A stretch of DNA of 64,000 nt from the human T2T-CHM13v2.0 reference genome, Homo sapiens. The position numbers and the translations under genes were made by a program. The first letter of the stretch is position 1. Every line of letters begins with the position of its first letter. The stretch is from NCBI RefSeq assembly GCF_009914755.1, contig NC_060928.1, one strand, 5' to 3'. Positions 54,901-64,000 of the stretch are shown piece after piece. A model generated the notes under the pieces. The model worked only from the letters and a program-made list of their open reading frames with translations. It was not told the origin of the DNA and did not search any database.

Positions 54901-55967
54901 GATGAATTTACCTACTCTCCGGAGCATGCACTGCCATAATTATACTCAAGTAAGGAATCACTTGTTAAACGCATCTAATCCCATCTTCTTTCGAAGAACA
55001 ATGTGGTCAACAGGGTTGCATCAGGGTTGTTAATTAACCTGAACTTCTCTGACCTGGCTACCTGTATCCCCTCCCTGAGACACCAGCTTCCTCATGCTTC
55101 CACTGTTCCTGCTCCACCCCAGTTTAGCAAAAGCCTGGCCATGCTTTGGATCTTTCCCTATCCCGGGCTCTACCAGAACCTACTGAGAATGAGCGAGATT
55201 GACATAGCTCCCAGCTCCTTGGGTTTTCCTCTTCAATCACTTGAATACATGATGCATTTTTATGTGCTTGCAATGGGACGGCTTCAGCTTTGCAAAATCA
55301 AGACTGTCAGCCCCTTTACAGAGAATCTACTCCCTCGATTAACTTGAGGGTATGGAGAACCTAATAAATAAGTTGCATTTAATGCAAAGAAGATCATCAC
55401 TTTTAACTGTCCCTGTGGAGAAGCCCATGCCAGATCTCTGATTCTTCTCCTGAACTAACTGGTTCTTTGCTGGGAGATGAGTGAAAGCAGAGTTTGTTGA
55501 GGCAACCGGGAGGAACTGTCCCTCCCTCCTCTCCACTCCTCCCCCCAACCCCCCGCCCCTTGGCTCCTGGAAGGCTCTTTTTAGGGCATGCTGGTTTTCA
55601 TGCACACGATGACTGTTTTGTATCTGGGCTGATAGGCTTGATTGAGCGGTTGCCGCACAGCTGGCACACGCTGCAACACGGCTAGGAGGGGGTGTTTATG
55701 GGGCTAGCTGCTAATGATTCCCATTTATGGAACATGTGTGCAGCAGCTGAGTGGGGCTGGCTAAGATAGGACATCAATAAGAGCCCTGCTGCACACACAG
55801 GATCTCCTGGACGGCTGCAGGAATGGTTCCAGTGCAAGCTTCTGGGGGAACCTGAGGCTCCCCAGAATTCAGGCCCTTCAGTGCTAATCATGCCCTAACA
55901 AAGACAGCTATGCTGGGAAAGCTGTGGCCAGGCTGACTGTACAAGGCCAATGAGAAAAAGGATTGCT

Positions 55968-56990
<1,023 letters not shown>

Positions 56991-57966
56991 AACAGGTGTG
57001 TCAGGGACCACACAGAGTGGGATGTCAGGAACAGAGGAGCTTGTATGTACAAAACACATTTTGCATCTTCCAAGGCTCTGGGAAAATGCTACTTGTTGTC
57101 TTTGGAAACAAAATCCTATTGGATTTCTCCCTTTTGAGCACAGCCGCCCTGCACATGGCACGTAGTTATAAGCAGAGGGGAAAACAGAAACCCAACCTTC
57201 AAAGTTCTTATGTGCTCCAGGGGGAAGATGGGATCAACAAAAATAAAGCGTTCATTAAAAACAAAGTGGCATGTCCACATACACACATGCTTTCAGATAA
57301 TCACTTACAGCCACGCAGAGACGTGTGCAGGGCCTTGGGGATTTTGCTCGAGTGCCTGGGATGACATCTGCGCGGGTTTGTAGAAGGAGGGGCCATTTGG
57401 GGCAGAGGAAGGAAGTTCCCCCCTAGAGAGGGAGCTCCACTTCATTTCCTTCTCATCTTGCCACCAATGCCTCCAGCACACAGTTGGTGCTTAATGTGTG
57501 CTTGTGGAATGAGAACAGGAAGTGGAGAGAGCAGGATCCAAGCAGGGGAAGTGGACAGGGTGGCGTGATTCAGAGGTGGGGCAGGCACACCACTAAATGC
57601 TGAAGGCATGAGTTTATTCTTCTTGAGTGTTTTCTGCCAGAGGTTGGCCCATGATAGGCCCAGAGGACCTTATTCTCCCCAAAGATATCCTTTGGGGATA
57701 AGGAGAGAGAGAGAGGAAGAGAGAGAGAGACTGAGGGAGACAGCGTTCCATTTATGCGTTTTGTTTTATCTCATCTTCGTGTGAACTTTACACACACAAA
57801 CCCCTCCTAACACTAGATTCCAGTACGAGCAAAAACTGATCCTCTTGGGGCACAGACACTTTGGGTGGCCTCACCCAGATCTATTCTCCCCTTCCTTCTT
57901 GTTTACAGCACCCCAGTCTTGTTCAGGAATCACTCCTCAGGGATGGTCACGATGATGGCTTTGTCA

Positions 57967-58460
57967 TGTATTGGTGTGGCTAGGCTGATGGTAGTTTTCT
58001 GGAGTCCACTTTCTTGTATGTTTCCAGTTCTGCCACAAGAGATATCTTGCCTGAGATTTGGAGGGCAGAAGTCAAGCTCCAAAGGTCAGGCAGTGTCGCC
58101 AGGCTCATTTCATTGTCAGAGTGTGGTGGGCGGGCCTGCAAGTGCTTTGCCTCTGCCTGGATCCTTCTTCAGCATCCTGAAGGCCGTGGCAGAGCTCAGT
58201 GACAAAGGACACCCATTTCTCCTGCAGCACATGGAGATCATCCTCATGGGGTCCAGCTTGTCCTTGCTCTTTTCCACTTGACATCCATCTCCTCTTCTCC
58301 ACTTCCCACCCCATGGACTTCCAGCCACAGCCACAGCACTGTAGAGACAGTTGAACCTGTTCCCACAACTGCAGAGGGTCAAACCTCTGTAACAAATCTC
58401 TCATTGCATGTTTATATGTAGAGCCACTTTCTGTCTCTCTATCAAACTCTGACTTATGTA
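57967..58460 (+). mobile_element. ERVL-type LTR (LTR40/41-like) inserted in MLT1
   Basis: Starts tgtattggtgtggctaggctg; ends aacaaatctc...ctgtctctctatcaaactctgactta. Confidence 0.5.
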
Positions 58461-58832
58461 AATACCATATTCCCAGCTTGAGAGTGAATCCTGGTTGGTC
58501 TGAGCCAGTTGTGGTTCATTCCCCTTGATGGTGACGGGATCAGGGATGGACATGTGACCTGGGACTCCAATAGTAGAGCCTGGGGGAAAGGCTTCCTAGA
58601 TCTGAAAAAAAGACACAAAGAAAAGATGGTGCTACTGACGCAGTATCCAGATATCATGCTTGGAATTGAGGCAGCCATTGTAACCAAGCCAGGGGACTAC
58701 CCAAAGAACCAATCTGAGGACCAAGATAGAAAAGATGGAAACAACCAGTGTTCTCCATGGTATAGTTCAGCTGGGGAGTTAACCTTCCTTGAAACTGCCT
58801 ACCCCAGCGTTCCAGGTATGGGAGATGTTATG

Positions 58833-59735
58833 CAGTATCCCCCGTTATGTGTAGGTGATATGTTGCAAGATCCCCCGTGAATGACTGAAACTGCAATAGT
58901 ACTGAACCTTATATATGCTATGTTTTTTCCTATACATATATACCTATGATAAAGTTCAATTTATAAATTAGGCACAGTAGGTGATATGGTTTGGTTGTGT
59001 CCCCACCCAAATCTCATCTTGAATTGTAGCTCCCATAATTCCCATGTGTTGTGGGAGGGAGCAGGTGGGAGATAATTGAATCATGGGGGTGGTTCCCCCA
59101 TCCCCTTCTCATGGTAGTGAATAAGTCTCACAAAATCTGATGGTTTTATAAGGGGAAACCCCTTTTGCTGGGCTCTCATTCTCTTTCCTGCCTCCATGTA
59201 AGATGTGTCTTTTGCCTTTTTGCCATGATTTTGAAACCTCCCCAGCCATGTGGAACTGTGAGTCCATTAAACCTCTTTTTCTTTATAAATTACCCAGTCT
59301 TGGGTTTGTCTTTATCATCAGTGTGAGAATGGACTAATATGACAATAATAATAAAATAAAGCGAGTATAAAAATATGTCAGCATCACTGCTCTTGAATTT
59401 AGAGCCATTATTAAGTAAAAGAAAAGACACAAGCGCTGTGCTACCTCGAAGGTTGTTCTGATCACCAAGATGGCTACTTGGGGCCATCTGATCACCAAGA
59501 TGGTGACTAAGGGGCAGGCAGCATCTACAGTGTGTATATGATGAACAAAGGGATGATTTATGTCCCAGGCAGAACACAGCAGGACTATGAGAGATTTCAT
59601 CAGCTACTTAGAATGGTGCAAAATTTAAAACTTATAAATTATTTCTGGAATTGTTCATTTAATATTTTCAGACCACAGTTGACTGTGGGTAACTGAAACT
59701 GCAGAACTTGAAACCGTGGATTGGGGAGACTACTG
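58833..59735 (-). mobile_element. MER44 (Tigger7-derived TcMar MITE)
   Basis: Terminal inverted repeats cagtatcccccgttat... and ...gtggattggggagactactg; internal ctatgataaagttcaatttataaattaggcacagta. Confidence 0.85.
58982..59341 (+). mobile_element. THE1 (B/C-like) solo LTR inside MER44
   Basis: tgatatggtttggttgtgtccccacccaaatctcatcttgaattgtagctccc...ggactaatatg. Confidence 0.93.
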
Positions 59736-60089
59736 TATTTTCTCATTGTTTAAGCCAATTGAGGCAGGCTTTCTGTTTCTTGTAACCAGAAAACATCCTC
59801 TTCCAATTCCCACCCCAAGAAGGAGCCTCAGGTTTCCTCTTGCAGTGGGTCCTGAAGTCTCCTTGCTCTGGGAGCTTTTCCAGAATGGAAGTGGTCAACT
59901 TGGAGTGAAGCTGGTATCTGGCCTCCCTGAGCTTGGTCTTCTCATCCAAGAGGCCGGAAGATGGGCGCCCCAGCTATCCACAGAAGATTTGAAAGTAAAT
60001 AGAATTTAGGACGATCAAAATGGTTTCCAGATTATGGCCCAAGGAAAAATGGGCTAAGGCTCTAATTGCGGTAATTATGATAATCAAGT

Positions 60090-60784
60090 GTACCAGCCGG
60101 ATGCAAGGAATGGAAGCCCAGTGGGAGCTGGTGAGACCCGCCCTTTACCTCTCGGCTGTCATGTCTGAGCTCACCCTACTGCCCTGTGATGCCAGAAGGG
60201 TACTCTGCAAGCCACAATTGACAGACTATGCCCACAGGAGGCACTAGAGGGAGACTGGGGCAAGAGAAGAGGAGAAGGACCTCATTGTTGTCCTTCAGCT
60301 CCTGGCAGTGTCCCTCTAGCAGGAGCAGACGGTGAGCTCCACTTGCCAGCTCCATTCAGCATTCCCAGGTGCCCCTCACCATGCACCTGCAGAGGTGCTG
60401 GAGCCCACCAACAGCCTGGGACCTAGGGGGTGGAGGAGAAGCTTGACAGCTTCCTCACCTACTCACTGTGGGCATCAGAGCAATTCCTGGCCCACCACCC
60501 TGGGGGTGCGAGCATCTGTCAAATCATGCCCCCTCCTCTTCAGTGGTCTGAACACAAGCTATGCAGTTTCCCCCCAGGAGCCCGGCACCAGCATCATGAG
60601 ACCCTCCTCTGGTAATCACCCTCTCCCCTCTTTTCTGCCAGCCCTAGGAGTAACCTACTCCCGAGTTATCGCAGCATCCTCATTTTCATCTGTCACTGTG
60701 TAAAATTCTTTTACTAAATCTCCTGTTTTGAAATATCTACTGTGGTTTCTCTTTTCCTGGCTGGGGCTCATCTGAGAGAGTACA
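60090..60784 (+). mobile_element. ERVL-type LTR (LTR41-like)
   Basis: ctgccctgtgatgccagaa...gaggcactagaggg; 3' end taaatctcctgttttgaaatatctactgtggtttctcttttcctggctgg...taca. Confidence 0.55.
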
Positions 60785-60879
60785 TTGATTAGGTTATGTA
60801 ATCCACAAGTCCAAATTGAAGGTAATCTCAGGCACAATTTGTTCCAGAGCGTCTAAATATGATTAGGGCCAACACTGAA

Positions 60880-61502
<623 letters not shown>

Positions 61503-61529
61503 CACTCTCCTTCCCAACATTTTCTCAGC

Positions 61530-61880
61530 ACCAGTCTCTTCCGTGTGTGAACTGTTTTTAGGGTGGCCTCCTTCTGGGTAGCAAAAATGACTGCAGCAGC
61601 TCTAATCCTCACATCCAGAAGCCAGACCTCATCTGAAGAAGACAGAGAATGCCTTTGTCCCACATTTCTAAACACGAGCCCTGAACTTCACTTTGCTTAG
61701 ATTAGGTCCTGCCATTTTAACCAATTCCTGTGGCCAAGGCAGCAGCCCACTGATTGGCTTGGTGTGGATTGCATGCTCTCTTCCTAAAACTGGGGTGGGG
61801 CCAACACCTATGGGGTCACTGGACGCACAGATGGAAATCAGAGCTTCCTGGGAAGCTATAGTCAGATGCTGAGGAGATCA
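61530..61880 (-). mobile_element. MLT1K/L-like LTR fragment
   Basis: gcaaaaatgactgcagcagctc...aaccaattcctgtggccaagg...ctgattggctt. Confidence 0.6.
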
Positions 61881-61980
61881 AGATCCCCTACACTTAATCT
61901 CAGATTGTCCAGGGAAGTCCAAGCTTCCTATCACTATTGCTGCTGTTTTTAAAATACAATACCTTTAAAAAATATATAAC

Positions 61981-62200
61981 TACATTAGTCCATTTCTATG
62001 TTACTAGAAAGGAATACCTGAGACTGGGTAATTCATAAAGAAAAGAGGTTTAATTGGCTCATGGTTCTGCAGGCTGTACAAGCATGGCACCAACATCTGC
62101 TCAGCTTCTAGGGGGAGCCTCAGGAAGCTTTTACTCATGGTGGAAGGCAAAGTAGGGGCAGGCGCATCACATGGCAAGAGAGGGAGCAAGAGAGTGACGG
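61981..62200 (-). mobile_element. MSTA/MSTB LTR fragment
   Basis: attagtccattt...aaggaatacctgagactgggtaattcataaagaaaagaggtttaattggctcatggttctgcaggctgtacaagcatggcacc. Confidence 0.88.
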
Positions 62201-62262
62201 GGGCTCACATCAACCGGTTACAACATATGTGCTGAGTGTGTCATAGAACAGTTCCTCCAAAC

Positions 62263-62576
62263 TTTTTTTTTTTTACATTTATTTATTTATTTATTTTTAA
62301 AAAAGAGTCTCACTCTGTTTTCCAGGCTGGAGTTCAGTAGCATGATCTCAACTCACTGCAACCTCTGCCTCTCAGGTTCAAGTAATTCTCATGCCTCAGC
62401 CTCCCAAGTAGCTGAGATTACAGTTGTGCACCACCACACCCTGCTAATTTTTTGTATTTTTAGATGGAGTTTCACTGTGCTGGCCAGGCTGGTCTCGAAC
62501 TCCTGGCCTCAAGTGATCTGCTTGCCTCGGCCTCCCAAAGTGCTGGGATTACAGGAATGAGCCACCATGCCCAGCC
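62263..62576 (-). mobile_element. AluS
   Basis: Antisense dimer; ccaaactt duplicated at flanks. Confidence 0.93.
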
Positions 62577-63667
62577 CAAACTTCTGATCTTGCATCTCTA
62601 CTATTTAAAATATTTGAGAGCACAAGCCAGTCTATGAGTACCAAAAACACTCCTGATCATCCATCCTGGTCCCTGGAATGGGCCCCTGACCCGGTTAAAG
62701 GACTTCCCTCGGACCCCAGCTCAATAGTTAGTATCTTATGGAGGAGATTGGGTCTTTAACAAGGCTTCTACTGTCCCAGAGCTATCGATAGTACTGCTGC
62801 AGAACCTTCCCAGATGACTCAAGGGTGTCGCACAAAGCCCTGCTCAGTGCGGGTGCCAGGGCATGCTCGCCCTTAGGGCCCCACTCTTGGTCTAGAGGAA
62901 ACCAGGTGGTTTCCCCATTCGACATTCATTTTCTCTTTTTTCTTGTTATAGCCTGGGAGGCAGAGTGTGGCGTGCCTGCCTGTTCACTCACACACGTTTC
63001 TTCTGCTTGTTCCAGCTGGCTCAGAGCCCAGCTGTCATGGAGCATGTTCTCTGGCATCCATGCACACACACAGGCCAGTCCTGTGCCAGGGAAACACCAT
63101 CCCAACTTTCTGCCTGCTGGACCAACTACTCACCTGCAGGGTCTCAGCCCAAATATTAGCTCCTTCCAAAGCCTTCCATGGCCCCCTTGCCAATCTTGCC
63201 ACATAGCTCCCTTCAAGATGATGATCTGATTTTGTAAGAAAATGAAAGAGGACTTTAAGTGACAATGTAATTCTTTGACAGGAAAGCAAGGCATTCAATA
63301 AACGAAAGTAGCACATTTGTGAACAAGCCTGGATGAATATTTAGTTATTTTTCAAACGTGAAATGAATGCTTTTTAAAAAATGAACTATTTTAAAGTGTT
63401 CTGAAAGACAGGTTTAAATACTTGTGCTGGTGAACTGGCATCATGTTTTCTTTTGCTTTGAATGTGAGGATGCTCAGAGCTCATGGATGTGCTTGATTCG
63501 GTGGCTTTCCTCTGCCTGGGCTTTGAAGAGAATGCTGGCCCTCTTGGTTTTGGCTTTTGTCTTCTGTGAGAGCCCATGAGGACAGCAGCTTGATGGGGTG
63601 GACAGAGCTTGGGCTTTGCAACCAGCACTGGGTCAGTCCCTGATGGCTCACTCACTAGAGATGTGCC

Positions 63668-64000
63668 TTTGACTTGGGCTCGGTTCTCCTACAGGCAGGC
63701 CTGAGACAAGATGGGAGAGCAAGTAGCTCCTCTGGACAGGATCACGAGAAATGCCAGGAGGGGAGTCAAGAGGAGACATGGGAAAGAGAAGACAGAAAAG
63801 CAACCCAGAGAGCTTGACTGAGCAGGTTAGGTCACCACGGAGGGCAACTGGGAACTAATCCCAGTAGGTATCTTTGAGAGACTGTGGAGCACACCTCAGA
63901 GCTGTCCCACCCAAGGGGGGAGGAAGCATGGGGATTTAGCTACCAGCTGCCATCAGCCACAGGGCAAGGGCTGCTCCTAGAGGCATTAGCTCCTTGGCAC
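63668..64000 (-). mobile_element. LTR16-like ERVL LTR, runs off the window end
   Basis: ttgggctcggttctcc...gcctgagacaaga...gggcaactgggaactaatccc...cacacctcagagctgtcccacccaaggggg. Confidence 0.7.

Larger units (their letters stand above)
57846..59790 (+). mobile_element. MLT1K/L-like LTR hosting three nested elements
   Basis: cagacactttggg...ctattctccccttcc; gtgaatcctggttggtctgagccag; gggatggacatgtgacc; end tttaagccaattgaggcaggctttctgtttcttgtaacc. Confidence 0.7.

Overview
Primate, almost certainly human-like, non-coding genomic DNA (intergenic or deep intronic). I cannot place the locus from sequence alone. Most of the window is interspersed repeats: about 24 Alu elements or fragments (J, S and Y-like, many with readable target-site duplications), ancient L1M, L2 and MIR relics, MaLR/ERVL/ERV1 solo LTRs (THE1, MST, MLT1, MLT2, MER41, MER34-group, LTR16-like) and DNA-transposon fossils (MER5, MER20, MER44, a hAT-Tip100-type transposase remnant). 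I find no credible protein-coding exon, tRNA, rRNA or CRISPR array, and the supplied ORFs look like chance or Alu-derived frames. The most notable non-TE structures are three. (1) A 16-unit, 30-31-bp G-rich VNTR with TATA-like motifs abuts a small CpG-rich island carrying a good CTCF motif (32.4-33.5 kb). (2) An isolated 54-bp near-perfect direct repeat has copies 1546 bp apart (6659 and 8205). (3) A ~580-bp compound GATA array lies inside an MLT2 LTR. I see no evidence of a new biological system. Repeat subfamily calls come from recalled consensus sequences, and boundaries of old elements are approximate.
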